From Chlamydiales bacterium (lineage in GTDB: Bacteria > Chlamydiota > Chlamydiia > Chlamydiales > VFKH01): 64,000 bases of DNA. Position 1 is the first letter of the stretch, and the number at the start of each line of letters is the position of its first letter. The DNA is taken from NCBI GenBank assembly GCA_031292375.1, contig JARLHF010000021.1, forward strand, positions 1,785-65,784. The letters run 5' to 3'. Position numbers and translations under genes: made by a program. The notes below the pieces were generated by a model. It was given only the letters and a program-made list of their open reading frames with translations, was not told the origin of the DNA and did not search any database. Below, piece after piece: positions 28,327 to 39,471 of this stretch.

Positions 28327-30934
28327 GATGGAAGATGATGACAGACCAAATCCTAATGAATTTTTAGAATCTTTTAAGGCTTCTAAAGGTAATTTAAAGA
28401 TATTTTTAGGCATGGCTGCAGGAGTGGGTAAAACATATTCGATGCTAGAGTCTGCTCAAAAGCAAAAGAAAGGGGGCGTAGATCTTGTAGTAGGTATTGT
28501 TGAAACACATGGAAGGTGCGAGACGGCCGCATTATTAGAAGGCTTAAAAGTCCTTTCAAGAAAGCAAATAACGTATAAGAATTTGCAGGTGGGGGAATTA
28601 GATATAGATCAGATTTTACTATTAAAGCCATCACTTGTCATCATCGATGAGCTTGCACATAGCAATACACCCCTTTCTAGGCATCCTAAAAGGTGGCAAG
28701 ATGTTTTAGAAATTTTGGAAAATGGGATTGATGTCTATACAACATTGAATGTGCAGCATATTGAAAGCCTGAAAGAAATTGTTGAGAGGGTATCTGGTAT
28801 TCCTGTCAGAGAAACAGTTCCAGATTCCATTATAGAGACAGCTTCATCTATTGAGGTAATTGATATCACTCCAAAAGATCTGCTTCAACGCTTGAGAGAG
28901 GGTAAAGTTTATTTGGGTGAGCAGCAAGAGCTTGCAACAGCTCATTTTTTTCAAGAAGATCGGCTAACAGCCTTAAGAGAAGTAGTTTTACGCTTTTCTG
29001 CTGGTAAGGTAGATCATGATTTGCATGAAATGAAGGATAACATAACAACTAGAAAAACGTGGAAGGTGCGAGAATATTTGATGGTAGCTGTTAGTGCAAG
29101 TGTATTTTCACAAAGGCTTATTAGGACAGCAAAGCGCCTGGCCTTTAGCTTAGATGCCTTGTGGATTGCTATTCACGTGGATGATGGTAAAAGTTTGGAT
29201 GAAAATGAAACTACAACATTAGAGAAAAATTTGTCTCTTGCAAGAGAACTTGGTGCAGAAGTCATTACAACATATGATTCTGATATTGCAGCGGGCATAG
29301 AGCGCATTGCAAGACAAAAAAATATAACACAAATTATTCTTGGGCGCTCTACTAAGCGCTCTATTTTTAATCCCTTTCAAAGGTTTTTTCTGTTAGATAA
29401 ATTAACCAAAAGATGTGGTGATATAGATGTGCACGTGATTCATCATGAACATCAAAAAATAGAGCCTAATAAAAAGATATCTTTTCTTTCATTTTTTAAG
29501 ACATGGACCACCTATCTTTTTGTATTATGCTTTATGTTGGCCCTCACAGGAGTTAATCTATTTTTCTTGCCCTACATAGGATATAAAATTGCAGGATTTA
29601 TATTTCTTCTTGGGGTGGTAGCCCTTTCGTTAAGGTTTAGATGGTGGGCAATCCTTTTTGCATCCATTCTTTATGCGCTACTTTGGGATACTTTCTTTAT
29701 CCCTTCAGCAGATAGCTTAATGACTAGTGCACGAGAAGATCGTGTTTTGTTTTTTTTATATGTGCTAACAGGATTGGTTGTTGGCATTGTAATGGATCGA
29801 TTTAGGATGCAGAGGATTATGCTTGCAAGGAGGGAAGAGAGGTTATCTATTCTCTATCAGATTTTTAAAGAGATCGCAAGTGCTCCTAGCTCAAAGTATA
29901 TTAAAGAGATCATAAAAACGCATTTAGAAAGGATCTTAGATGGCCATATCGAAATTATAACTAAAAAGAAAAACTTACTTGAATTTAAGGAAACATCTTT
30001 AGCTAAAGACAAAAAAGAACAAGGATCAGTTTATTGGGTGTTTAAGAGTAAAAGGGAGGCTGGAGTCTCTACATCTACATTACCACTTGCAAAGAACCTT
30101 TATCTTCCTTTGATAGGGTTTAGTGATATTATGGGCGTGCTTGCTTTTCATTCTAATAGTAAAAAGAAGATCGATATAGAAGAGAAAAACTTTTTATATA
30201 CTGTTTGTAAACAGTTTGCTATCTATCTGGAGCGAGAATGTGCAGAGGAGCAGATCCGTCAAATGGAGCATGTGAATGAGATTGAAAAAATACACCAAAC
30301 AATTCTTAAATTGATTTCTCAAAGCTTTAAAGAGCCTTTACTTGGTATACAGAGTGCTGTAAAAGAATTAAAAGTACATAAAAAAGAGATTGGTATTCAA
30401 CAGATTCACAAGATTGAAAGATTCTCTGTAGACCTTACTAAGATTTTAGACAATATGGCTGTAATGAACGATTTAAGTAGGGGCATTGCTGTTTTTAATA
30501 AGAAAAAAAACAGTATAGAAAAACTTGTAAAGGCCTCTATAGGTAATATCCAGGAAGTATATAGCGATCGATATATGAAGCTTGAGATAGAAGAAAACTT
30601 ACCCCTGGTGCAGTTTGACTTTTCATTTATACGGCTATTGCTCTACAACTTGATCATCAATGCAATTGAGTGTTCCGATTCAATTATTGAGGTGCATGCA
30701 AAAAAAAGAGGAAGTTTTATTACGCTTTCTGTACTTGATGAGGGGATTGGAATACCAGAAGACCAGCTAGACACGATCTTCGAGAAGTTTTATCGTATCC
30801 CAGGAAGAGCTTCTAAGGGCGTAGGACTTGGCTTGTCTATTGCAAAGGCAATTGCTAAGATTCATGATGGCTACCTTATAGCAGAAAATCGTCCCAGTAA
30901 AGGCGCTAAAATCACTTTTTTTCTGCCTTTATAA
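28313..30934 (+). CDS. kdpD: KdpD-type sensor kinase with a non-canonical H-box (Gln at the phospho-acceptor position)
   Basis: N-terminal KdpD domain (GMAAGVGKTYSML), a Usp-like module, 4 TM helices and a C-terminal HATPase (N box LLYNLIINAIECS, G1 DEGIGI, G2 GVGLGLSIAK). The H-box reads ISQSFKEPL instead of LSHDLRTPL. Confidence 0.85.
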   Translation: MEINEMEDDDRPNPNEFLESFKASKGNLKIFLGMAAGVGKTYSMLESAQKQKKGGVDLVVGIVETHGRCETAALLEGLKVLSRKQITYKNLQVGELDIDQILLLKPSLVIIDELAHSNTPLSRHPKRWQDVLEILENGIDVYTTLNVQHIESLKEIVERVSGIPVRETVPDSIIETASSIEVIDITPKDLLQRLREGKVYLGEQQELATAHFFQEDRLTALREVVLRFSAGKVDHDLHEMKDNITTRKTWKVREYLMVAVSASVFSQRLIRTAKRLAFSLDALWIAIHVDDGKSLDENETTTLEKNLSLARELGAEVITTYDSDIAAGIERIARQKNITQIILGRSTKRSIFNPFQRFFLLDKLTKRCGDIDVHVIHHEHQKIEPNKKISFLSFFKTWTTYLFVLCFMLALTGVNLFFLPYIGYKIAGFIFLLGVVALSLRFRWWAILFASILYALLWDTFFIPSADSLMTSAREDRVLFFLYVLTGLVVGIVMDRFRMQRIMLARREERLSILYQIFKEIASAPSSKYIKEIIKTHLERILDGHIEIITKKKNLLEFKETSLAKDKKEQGSVYWVFKSKREAGVSTSTLPLAKNLYLPLIGFSDIMGVLAFHSNSKKKIDIEEKNFLYTVCKQFAIYLERECAEEQIRQMEHVNEIEKIHQTILKLISQSFKEPLLGIQSAVKELKVHKKEIGIQQIHKIERFSVDLTKILDNMAVMNDLSRGIAVFNKKKNSIEKLVKASIGNIQEVYSDRYMKLEIEENLPLVQFDFSFIRLLLYNLIINAIECSDSIIEVHAKKRGSFITLSVLDEGIGIPEDQLDTIFEKFYRIPGRASKGVGLGLSIAKAIAKIHDGYLIAENRPSKGAKITFFLPL

Positions 30935-31014
30935 CAAAATCAGTCATTGATGAAAGCCAAAGAAGGTCTCTTATTCAAGGGAGAACTTGCTGTAGGATGA
31001 TCATAGCTAGACCT

Positions 31015-31047
31015 ATTAAAGTACCGTATTTATTACGGTACTTTAAT
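31015..31047 (+). terminator. perfect 14-bp-stem hairpin downstream of kdpD (candidate terminator)
   Basis: attaaagtaccgta-tttat-tacggtactttaat, 81 nt after the kdpD stop. It lies inside the track's N-terminal extension of ORF 30997, which argues that extension is not translated. Confidence 0.5.
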
Positions 31048-31083
31048 AAGTCTAATTGTTTTATACTGCTCGCCATTCAACAC

Positions 31084-32346
31084 ATGTTTTTAGGAGATGG
31101 CGTGGCTATAGCATTGAATTTTTTGGAAGTTGCCGAATGTAAGGTGGATTTGGGATCTCGAAGTAATCTTAATTTTTCTGTCATTGCACATTATAGAGGA
31201 AGACTAACGACATCTATTGTTAAAGCAGGATTGGAGCATTGGTCATATCAGCATCCGCTACTACGAGTTGCATTGAAAGTGGTTGATTCTGTGTATCATT
31301 TTATCCATTTAGAAACTTTTGAACTGCCTTTCCGAGAAGGTTTGTATGATGGAGAAAATCAATGGAAAAGAGAGGTTCAAATTGAGCTAAGAGATCGATT
31401 TACCCAAGAAGACCAACCATTATGGCGTGCATGCCTATTAAAAGGAGATGAAGAGGGAGAAATGCATGTGACTTTTCACCATGTCATTGCTGATGGTATA
31501 TGTGCAATGCCTGCTATGAACCATTTGTTTGGAATTTTTGCTAATTTATTGCAAGGGACTTCTCCTGCTTATACTTTATTTGATGATGTTATACCGCCTG
31601 TAGAATCACTATTTTCCTTATGTACAAAAGAAGTGGAGATAGATAAAGCTGTTCCTGTAAGAATAGAGCGTGATTTTCAGATGGATTTTGTCAAATATGA
31701 GCTGGACATGACGATAACAAAAAAGATTCTTGTTTGGTCAAAAGAACAAGGAGTTAAGGTTCATGCGACTCTTTTTGCAGCTTTGTTATTGGCCGTACGT
31801 AGAGTTGTAAAGCCCGATTTTGAAAATTTTCAAGCGTTAACTGTGATTAATTATCGCCGTTTTTTTACACCACCTGTACCTAATGAAGTCATGAAGCTTT
31901 TACGTGCAGGGATGATTACGGAAGTAGAAGTTGCTCTAGAAGATGATCTTGCGAGTATTGCTAGAGCCATTCACGACGATGTTCACAGTAAGTTAGATTC
32001 TGGAGAAGCAATATATCCACTTAAAGTAATGGCAGAAAGATCTTCTGTGGAAATGTCAGCACAAGAGGTGTGGAAAAGAGCTCTAAAACCTTCTAACGTG
32101 ATTGCAGTTACTAATCTTGGAGTTCTAAATTTTACAGGAGATTACACAGGGTTGGTTTTAGATCAACTTTTTTTTGTTGCTGATGTTAGACCTTTTTTTG
32201 AGGAAGCAAATAATTTTGTTTTAGGCGCCCATACCTTTAAAGGGAAGACAATGCTTACCTTATGGTTTTTGCAGGAATTGGTTGAAGAGGTAACTGCAAA
32301 CCAAATATTAGCACACATGCAAGAAATTTTATCTATACCCAATTAA
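31084..32346 (+). CDS. stand-alone condensation-domain-family acyltransferase (HHxxxDG); start uncertain (ATG 31084 or GTG 31102)
   Basis: MHVTFHHVIADGICAM carries the HHxxxDG catalytic motif of NRPS C-domain/PapA5/WS-DGAT-type acyltransferases. Size (~420 aa) fits one domain. AGGAGA lies just before GTG 31102. Confidence 0.6.
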   Translation: MFLGDGVAIALNFLEVAECKVDLGSRSNLNFSVIAHYRGRLTTSIVKAGLEHWSYQHPLLRVALKVVDSVYHFIHLETFELPFREGLYDGENQWKREVQIELRDRFTQEDQPLWRACLLKGDEEGEMHVTFHHVIADGICAMPAMNHLFGIFANLLQGTSPAYTLFDDVIPPVESLFSLCTKEVEIDKAVPVRIERDFQMDFVKYELDMTITKKILVWSKEQGVKVHATLFAALLLAVRRVVKPDFENFQALTVINYRRFFTPPVPNEVMKLLRAGMITEVEVALEDDLASIARAIHDDVHSKLDSGEAIYPLKVMAERSSVEMSAQEVWKRALKPSNVIAVTNLGVLNFTGDYTGLVLDQLFFVADVRPFFEEANNFVLGAHTFKGKTMLTLWFLQELVEEVTANQILAHMQEILSIPN

Positions 32347-32479
32347 GTTAAAAAATTGTTTATACGTTCTATTGCCAGATTAATTCCCACTTAACTATAT
32401 GCTTGAGACAATTTTAACAAGCAAATGTAATTACGCAAGAAGTCTATTGATTAACAGATAGTTGAAAATCGAGCTGATG

Positions 32480-33955
32480 CTAGTAAATAACGTGTTCAAA
32501 TATGAGTGTGGGTGAGGGGCGGCATTCTGTCTTGCAAGGAGGTGTTAGTTGGGAAATGTTATCAGCATCGATAACCCATCCACCGCCAAGGGCCTTATAG
32601 AGCTCTACAACAGAAATTAAGCAGTCTCCTTGGGCTGTGGCATAATCTAGCTCTACATTAAAGAGCTTCCTTTCTGCGTCTAGGAAGGTAAGGTAATCTG
32701 TTTCTCCATTGTTATATTGAATTGTTGCAAGTCTTAGGTAATCTTTTAAAACTTCTACATTATGTTTTTGCACTACTGCAAGTTCTAGGGCTTTTTGATG
32801 AGAGATAAGAGCATCAGAAACCTCTTGGAATGCTGTAATAATCGTTTTGATATAGCTGTTAATGGATTCACATTTTTGAGCATTGGAAAGCTCTACTTGC
32901 GATATGAGAAGGCCTCCCGTAAAGATTGGCTGAAGGGCATTTAAACTGTAGTTCCAAGTCTCAGCAGGATTTGTAAACAAGCTCTTTAGTGATGTGCTCT
33001 CAGTGCCATATAGGCCAGTTAAACTAATATTGGGAAGAAACTGGGCTCTTGCAGCTCCAATTCTAGCATTGGCCGCAATGATTAGTTCTTCTGCACCAAT
33101 AATATCTGGTCTTTGACATAATAGAAATGAGGGAAGGCCCGCTGGAATATGTGGAGGGATGGGCAATGTTTCAAGAGAGCGCCCTCTTAAGATGGGACTT
33201 GGATTGGCTCCAATGAGCACGCTAATTAAATCCTCCTGGAGAGAAATTTGTAATTCAAATTGAATGACTTGCACTTTTGCATCGTCAACTTCTGATTCAG
33301 CTTGCCTTACCTCCATAAGAGAGGTTTGCCCTCCCTCGAAACGAGCTTTTGCAAGTCTTAGAGATTCTATTCTAGATTTTAATGTGTCATTTGAAATTTT
33401 TAGCTGCTCATCGAATTGTCTCAAAAGAAGGTATCCTGCAGCAACACCGCTAACAACAGTTAAAACAATGGACCTTCTTGCTTCAATGGTACTTAAATAT
33501 GTGTATAGAGCATTTTCTGTCAAGCTTTGAAGTTGCCCCCATAAGTCAAGATCAAAGGAGAAGTTTAAAAGTCCTTCATATACGTTGTAAATTCTTGCTT
33601 GTCCAGGAAGTGAAGGAACAAGAGCTGTTGCTGTTTGTTGTCTTCCAACAACAATATTCCCATTAACTTGAGGGTATTGCGCAGACGCGGCAATGCCAAG
33701 GCGTGCATAAAAAGCACATACTGTAGCAGCAGCTATTTTAATATCATAATTGTAACGAAGTGCTTCACAAATAAGTGCGTCAAGAATGGGGTCTTGAAAC
33801 TGTTTCCACCAACGAAAATTATTTGCTGTGCTTGTATTGTCTGCTGCAAAGCGCCAATTAGGAGGCGAAGTATGGCTTGGTCTATTGTAGGGGGGGTTGA
33901 GAGAACAAGATTGTAAAAGAAAGAAAAAAGCTAGAAGGTAGAGTAACCTTTTCAC
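32480..33955 (-). CDS. RND efflux outer-membrane factor lipoprotein (NodT/OprM family)
   Basis: Signal peptide plus lipobox [14 protein letters not shown] and C-terminal LYKALGGGW motifs. 491 aa. 4-nt overlap with the RND pump gene. Confidence 0.88.
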   Translation of the reverse strand: MKRLLYLLAFFFLLQSCSLNPPYNRPSHTSPPNWRFAADNTSTANNFRWWKQFQDPILDALICEALRYNYDIKIAAATVCAFYARLGIAASAQYPQVNGNIVVGRQQTATALVPSLPGQARIYNVYEGLLNFSFDLDLWGQLQSLTENALYTYLSTIEARRSIVLTVVSGVAAGYLLLRQFDEQLKISNDTLKSRIESLRLAKARFEGGQTSLMEVRQAESEVDDAKVQVIQFELQISLQEDLISVLIGANPSPILRGRSLETLPIPPHIPAGLPSFLLCQRPDIIGAEELIIAANARIGAARAQFLPNISLTGLYGTESTSLKSLFTNPAETWNYSLNALQPIFTGGLLISQVELSNAQKCESINSYIKTIITAFQEVSDALISHQKALELAVVQKHNVEVLKDYLRLATIQYNNGETDYLTFLDAERKLFNVELDYATAQGDCLISVVELYKALGGGWVIDADNISQLTPPCKTECRPSPTLIFEHVIY

Positions 33956-36900
33956 GGCTTTACCCCTTCTTTTGTCTTTACAGGCTCTGTTTTTTCTTTT
34001 CTTGTTACAAACTCAATAATTAATCTATAGAAGAGAGGCACAAAAAATATAGCAAGGAATGTTGCAGACAACATGCCTCCCATAACGCCAACACCTACAG
34101 AATGGCGGCTTGCAGCTCCAGCTCCTGTGCTGAGTACTAGAGGCACAACACCAAAAACAAAGGTCAAAGAAGTCATCATAATGGCTCTAAAGCGAAGCTT
34201 TGCAGCACCAATTGCCGCATCGATGATGGATAGGCCTGATTTTTGCTTGAGGACAGCAAATTCCACAATCAAGATAGCATTTTTTGCTGACAGGGCAATA
34301 AGTGTAACAAGGCCTACCTGAAAGTATACATCGTTGGACATACCTTTAATCCATATGGCAATAAATGCTCCAAAAATTCCAAAGGGTACTGCCAAGATGA
34401 TGGCAAAAGGAAGAGACCATCTTTCATAGAGAGCAGATAAGATTAAAAACACCATGGCAAGGCCTGCAAGAAGAACGATAGAAGATGCACCTCCAGATTG
34501 TTCCTCTTGAAATGCTTGTCCATCCCAAGCGTAATCAATACCGGTTGGTAAAACTTCCTTAGCAATCTCTTCCATTGCCTTTAAAGCATCACCAGAACTA
34601 TATCCAGGAGCTGCTCCTCCATTGATTTTTGATGCTAGATAGCTATTGAAACGATTTACTAAAGATGGACCTTTGCTATAAACTACAGAGACAATGGATT
34701 TTAATGGGATCATATCCCCATTTTTCCCCCTGACATACATTTCTCCAATATTTTTTATATCACTTCTGTAGGCAGGTTCCGCTTGAGCCATAACTTTAAA
34801 TACGCGTCCAAATTTATTAAATTGATTGACGTATAAAGAACCGAGCAATACTTGCAGTGTTTCATACACTTGTTCAATGCTGACTCCAAGAGATCTTGCT
34901 TTGAATCTATCTAAGTCGATGTAGAGTTGCATATTGTCTATTTGCATACTTGAGGTAAGCCCTGTAAGTTCTTTTCGCATTTTTGCTTTTGCAAGAAAAT
35001 CTTGAGTAACTTTTTGTAGTAGCTCTATGCCTCCATCTCCTCTATTTTCAATCCAAAATTGAAAGCCTCCTACGGTTCCAAGGCCTGGTATGGAAGGGGG
35101 GTTGAAGGGGAGTATTTGAGCACCTTCTATAGAAAAGTATTTTTTTGTAAGTTCTTTTAGGACATTACTTGCAAGTTCTGAGGATTTTGTGCGTTTATCC
35201 CAATCTTTTAAAACAATGTAGTTTGTTCCAATATTTGTTCTACTTAAGTTATCAAGGACGCTAAAGCCGTTTAGAGAAACAAAGTTTTCGATGGCTGGAT
35301 TATCCTTTGCCATGTCATACATGAGGTCATCAATTTTTATTGTACGATCTACGGTAGCTGCATCTGGAAGCACGGACATAGCGATGATATAACCTTGATC
35401 TTCTTCTGGAACAAAACTAGAGGGTGTTATTTTAAATAGAACAACTAAAGCTGTACAGATGGCTCCAAAGATAATAAGGCCTATGACTCTTCTATGAATA
35501 AGCCATGTGGCAACGTGGCCATACCCGTTTGTTACATAATCAAGACCTTTATTAAACCATATACCAAATTTTGGCTCTTTTGCATGACTTTTAAGGACGA
35601 TAGCTGCAATTGCAGGGCTTAGTGTAAGAGCTACAAACCCAGATATAACGACGGATATAGCAATTGTGATAGCAAATTGCTTATAAAGTTGCCCCGCAAT
35701 GCCTCCCATAAAAGCTACGGGTAAAAATACTGCGCATAATACGAATACGATGGCAATGACAGGTCCTGTAACTTCATCCATAGCTTTTTTTGCAGCAGTG
35801 ATTGCATCAAGTCCTAAATCGCGCATATTGCGTTCAATATTTTCGACGACGACGATCGCATCATCTACCACTATACCAATAGCTAGCACCATTCCAAATA
35901 GTGTGAGCGTATTTACAGAAAATCCTAGTAAAAGCATGCCAGAAAACGTACCAATAATGGATATGATAAGGGCAAGAACAGGAATGAGTGTGGCTCTTAA
36001 TTTTTGTAAGAAAACAAATACGATGAGAACTACAAGAACTGCAGCTTCCAAAATCGTTCTGAATACGTCTTTGATCGATGCTTTAATGTAGAGAGTTGAG
36101 TCGTAGGGTATGGAGTATTCAATGCCAGAAGGAAAGCTTTTAGAAAGTTTTGTCATAGAAGCTTTTACACCCTCTGCAACATCAAGAGCATTGGCGCCAA
36201 TTTGTTGGTAGACGGCAAGGGTTGTAACGGCCTTTCCGTTTAATTCGCCAGCTTGATTGTAAAGCTGCGCTCCAAGAACTGTGTAGGCAACGTCTTTAAG
36301 TAAAACCATAGAACCATCGGAATTGGCTCTAATAATAATGTTATCGTATTCTTCGGGAGTACTGAGACGGCCAAGAGCCGTTACTGGTATTGTAAGAACA
36401 ACATTATCTTTTGTTGGAGCTTGACCAATTTGGCCAATGGGGTATTGATGGTTTTGCTCCTGAATGGCGTCGGTAATATCAGAAATTGTTAAGTGAAGTT
36501 GGGCAAGCTTATCTGGGTTGATCCACACACGTATAGAGTAGTCTCTTGCGCCAATGTTTTGGACGTTACTAATGCCAGGTACTCTCAAAAGTTCTGTAAT
36601 TACGTTGATAGTTGCATAGTTACTTGTAAAAATAGGATCGTACCTGCCGTCGGGTGATTGCATGGCGATGATCATGAGAATACTGGTAGATTGCTTTTGT
36701 ACTGTAACACCATATCTTTGTACTGTTTCTGGTAGTTGAGGAAGTGCTAGATTAACTCTGTTTTGTGTATTAACAAGGGCCATATCGGGGTCACTACCAA
36801 TTTCAAAAAATACGCTGAGGGCCATATCGCCGTTAGATGAACTTTGTGAGTTCATGTAAATCATATTTTCGACGCCGTTAACTTGCTGTTCAATAGGAGA

Positions 36901-37092
36901 TGCAACTGTATTGGCAACACTTAAAGCATCAGCTCCTGTGTAACTTGTAGTTACTTGTATTTGAGGAGGTGTAATATTGGGGTATTGCTCGACTGGAAGC
37001 ATATAGAGGGAAGCTATCCCCATGAATGTAATGATAATGGATAGAACGGATGCGAATATAGGTCTGTCAATAAAAAAATGAGACAGCATCAA
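33952..37092 (-). CDS. RND multidrug efflux permease (AcrB/HAE1-like)
   Basis: 1046 aa. N-terminus [24 protein letters not shown]. 12-TM layout with two large periplasmic loops. Confidence 0.95.
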   Translation of the reverse strand: MMLSHFFIDRPIFASVLSIIITFMGIASLYMLPVEQYPNITPPQIQVTTSYTGADALSVANTVASPIEQQVNGVENMIYMNSQSSSNGDMALSVFFEIGSDPDMALVNTQNRVNLALPQLPETVQRYGVTVQKQSTSILMIIAMQSPDGRYDPIFTSNYATINVITELLRVPGISNVQNIGARDYSIRVWINPDKLAQLHLTISDITDAIQEQNHQYPIGQIGQAPTKDNVVLTIPVTALGRLSTPEEYDNIIIRANSDGSMVLLKDVAYTVLGAQLYNQAGELNGKAVTTLAVYQQIGANALDVAEGVKASMTKLSKSFPSGIEYSIPYDSTLYIKASIKDVFRTILEAAVLVVLIVFVFLQKLRATLIPVLALIISIIGTFSGMLLLGFSVNTLTLFGMVLAIGIVVDDAIVVVENIERNMRDLGLDAITAAKKAMDEVTGPVIAIVFVLCAVFLPVAFMGGIAGQLYKQFAITIAISVVISGFVALTLSPAIAAIVLKSHAKEPKFGIWFNKGLDYVTNGYGHVATWLIHRRVIGLIIFGAICTALVVLFKITPSSFVPEEDQGYIIAMSVLPDAATVDRTIKIDDLMYDMAKDNPAIENFVSLNGFSVLDNLSRTNIGTNYIVLKDWDKRTKSSELASNVLKELTKKYFSIEGAQILPFNPPSIPGLGTVGGFQFWIENRGDGGIELLQKVTQDFLAKAKMRKELTGLTSSMQIDNMQLYIDLDRFKARSLGVSIEQVYETLQVLLGSLYVNQFNKFGRVFKVMAQAEPAYRSDIKNIGEMYVRGKNGDMIPLKSIVSVVYSKGPSLVNRFNSYLASKINGGAAPGYSSGDALKAMEEIAKEVLPTGIDYAWDGQAFQEEQSGGASSIVLLAGLAMVFLILSALYERWSLPFAIILAVPFGIFGAFIAIWIKGMSNDVYFQVGLVTLIALSAKNAILIVEFAVLKQKSGLSIIDAAIGAAKLRFRAIMMTSLTFVFGVVPLVLSTGAGAASRHSVGVGVMGGMLSATFLAIFFVPLFYRLIIEFVTRKEKTEPVKTKEGVKP

Positions 37093-38333
37093 GATCCTTT
37101 TTGCTGAGTTTCTGTAGTAGTACCAGTCGTGATTGGTCCAAGAGCTTTATTTGTAGTTTGATCGATACCTTGCATAAGTTTTGGCTCTTCTTGAGGGATA
37201 TACTTTATTTGTTTTGTAATAGTAACAGGTAATCCTGGATATACCTTATTGACGCCATCTGAGACGACTAGATCACCTGGCTTAAGCCCAGATTTAATGA
37301 TCCAGTAGTTTTCAAACCACTCTCCAGGATCAATTTCGACCATCTCGGCTTTATTGTCTTTGTCAATGATATAGACATACATTCCTTTTTGCCCTTGTTG
37401 AACTGCTTGTTGAGGGATGATAATGGCATCTGGTCTTACAGTGCCAAGGACCTGCACTTTCACAAATTGACCTGGTTTTAATATTGCTAGGGGGTTAGCA
37501 AAGACAGCTCTTGCTTCAAGCGTGCCTGTGCTTTGGTTTAGCGTTGGGGAGGTAAAATCTACTTTGCCAAGTTCTGGATAGACAAAGTCATTACCAAGAA
37601 TAAGTCTTACATCAAAGTTATTGTCTTTGGGCAGTTTGATGATACCTTTGGATGCTTGCATTCTTGTTGTCAAAATATCTGTTTCTGAAACACTAAAATA
37701 AATCCATATGGGGTCAATGACAGATACTGTAGTCAGCATGCTAGAATCTGGTCCTAAGGTAATCAGGGCGCCTTCTCGAAAATGTGATTTTCCAGAAAGG
37801 CCAGTTACAGGTGTTGCAATGGTTGTATACCCAAGCTTCAATTCTGCTTCTACGACTTGAGCATTTGCAGAATCCACTTCTGCTTGGGCTGCAAGTTGGC
37901 TTGCAATAGCATTGTCAAGGTCTCGTTTGCTAATAGCATCTTGTGCAAAAAGTGGCTTCAAACGATTTACAGTCGTATTGGCATTCCACAAAATAGCTTT
38001 TGCCTTAGCAAGGAGTCCTTTAGCATTGTCAAGGGCTGCAATAAAGGGTTTTGGATCTAATTGAAATAATAGCTGGCCATTTTCAACAAAAGAGCCTTCT
38101 GTATAAGCGATTTTGTCAAGATAGCCCTCCACACGAGCACGTATTTCTACAAGGTGTGTACTTTCTGCAAAGCCCACATAATTAAAAACGGCAGGAATCG
38201 TTGCTGGCTGGACTTCAAAGGCTGTAACGGAAGTTGGTGATCTTGTTTCTTCGTGTGTATCACTTTTACAAGAGGAGGTGATGCTTCCAATGAATAAGAG
38301 AGCAATAAATAGAGGACGCATCAGTTGTCTCAT
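37089..38333 (-). CDS. RND efflux periplasmic adaptor (AcrA/MFP family) lipoprotein
   Basis: Lipobox ITSSC. Lipoyl and hairpin-type regions ([11 protein letters not shown], coiled [17 protein letters not shown]). 4-nt overlap with the pump gene. Confidence 0.88.
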   Translation of the reverse strand: MRQLMRPLFIALLFIGSITSSCKSDTHEETRSPTSVTAFEVQPATIPAVFNYVGFAESTHLVEIRARVEGYLDKIAYTEGSFVENGQLLFQLDPKPFIAALDNAKGLLAKAKAILWNANTTVNRLKPLFAQDAISKRDLDNAIASQLAAQAEVDSANAQVVEAELKLGYTTIATPVTGLSGKSHFREGALITLGPDSSMLTTVSVIDPIWIYFSVSETDILTTRMQASKGIIKLPKDNNFDVRLILGNDFVYPELGKVDFTSPTLNQSTGTLEARAVFANPLAILKPGQFVKVQVLGTVRPDAIIIPQQAVQQGQKGMYVYIIDKDNKAEMVEIDPGEWFENYWIIKSGLKPGDLVVSDGVNKVYPGLPVTITKQIKYIPQEEPKLMQGIDQTTNKALGPITTGTTTETQQKGS

Positions 38334-38436
38334 GCAGATTACCTAAAACCAATTATTTTTTCTAAAAGATGAGTTATTAATCATTTCTTTTAAAAAAACA
38401 ATAGAAAATTGTAATCTCTCATAAATGTATTCTTAG

Positions 38437-39471
38437 GTGTGTATGATGAATTCTCTTTTGCTAGATGCTCTTTATTCTCGTAATTTGTCCAGGCCACCTA
38501 TTTGGCTTATGCGTCAAGCGGGTCGTTATCTACCAGAATACCGCTCCCTTAAGAAAGACAGAAAATTGCTTGAGTTATTCAGAGATCCAAAATGGATTAC
38601 TGAAATTACATTGCAACCCGTTGATTTGATAGGCGTGGATGCGGCGATACTTTTTTCTGATATTTTAGTGATTTTGGATGCTTTTGGTATAGAATATGAC
38701 TTTGTAGAGCATGTGGGCCCTGTGATTAAAAACCCAATTACCAGAGAAGATGTGCAGAATTTTGTGCAAAAAGATGTTACAAGTTCTCTTTCTTATGTAG
38801 CACAAGCAATAAAACAGATCATACCACAACTAAAAGTTCCTCTGATTGGTTTTGCTGGCGCTCCCTTTACAATCGCAAGTTATTTGATTGAAGGAGGAAC
38901 TAGCAAGGATTTTAAAAAAACAAAAACATGGTTGTATAGTGATCCTGAAAGTTTCTTGTGCTTACTCGATAAATTAAGTCATGCGATTATCCAATTTTTG
39001 GATATGCAGTGCGCTCATGGTGTACAAGCACTGCAACTGTTTGATTCGTGGAGTTACATTTTAAGTTATGATGCATTTAAAAAGTATTCGCTGGCTTTTA
39101 TGAAAAAGGTGGTGGATTCAAGGGTGTGTCAAAATATTCCTTTAATCTTATTTTGCAAGGGATCTTCTCTTTGGGCAAGTGATATGGCGGATCTTAAGCC
39201 TGCTGCAATTAGTATTGATTGCGGATCGCATTTAGGTGATATAAGAAAGCGCATAAAAAACATTGCTCTACAGGGGAATTTAGACCCGTTTTGCTTATAT
39301 GGTTCTCAAAAAACAATACAGAGAGAAGTGGATGGCATTCTCCATGCAATGAAAAAGGATCCTGGCTTTATTTTTAATTTGGGGCATGGAATTACTCCTG
39401 ATGCACCAGTTGAAAATGTTAAATTTTTAGTCCGCTATGTGAAAGAGAAGGGGTTAGAGCTCAATGCCTAA
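38437..39471 (+). CDS. hemE: uroporphyrinogen decarboxylase
   Basis: PIWLMRQAGRYLPEYR signature near the N-terminus. ~342 aa. Start somewhere among GTG 38437, ATG 38443 and ATG 38446. Confidence 0.9.
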   Translation: MCMMNSLLLDALYSRNLSRPPIWLMRQAGRYLPEYRSLKKDRKLLELFRDPKWITEITLQPVDLIGVDAAILFSDILVILDAFGIEYDFVEHVGPVIKNPITREDVQNFVQKDVTSSLSYVAQAIKQIIPQLKVPLIGFAGAPFTIASYLIEGGTSKDFKKTKTWLYSDPESFLCLLDKLSHAIIQFLDMQCAHGVQALQLFDSWSYILSYDAFKKYSLAFMKKVVDSRVCQNIPLILFCKGSSLWASDMADLKPAAISIDCGSHLGDIRKRIKNIALQGNLDPFCLYGSQKTIQREVDGILHAMKKDPGFIFNLGHGITPDAPVENVKFLVRYVKEKGLELNA

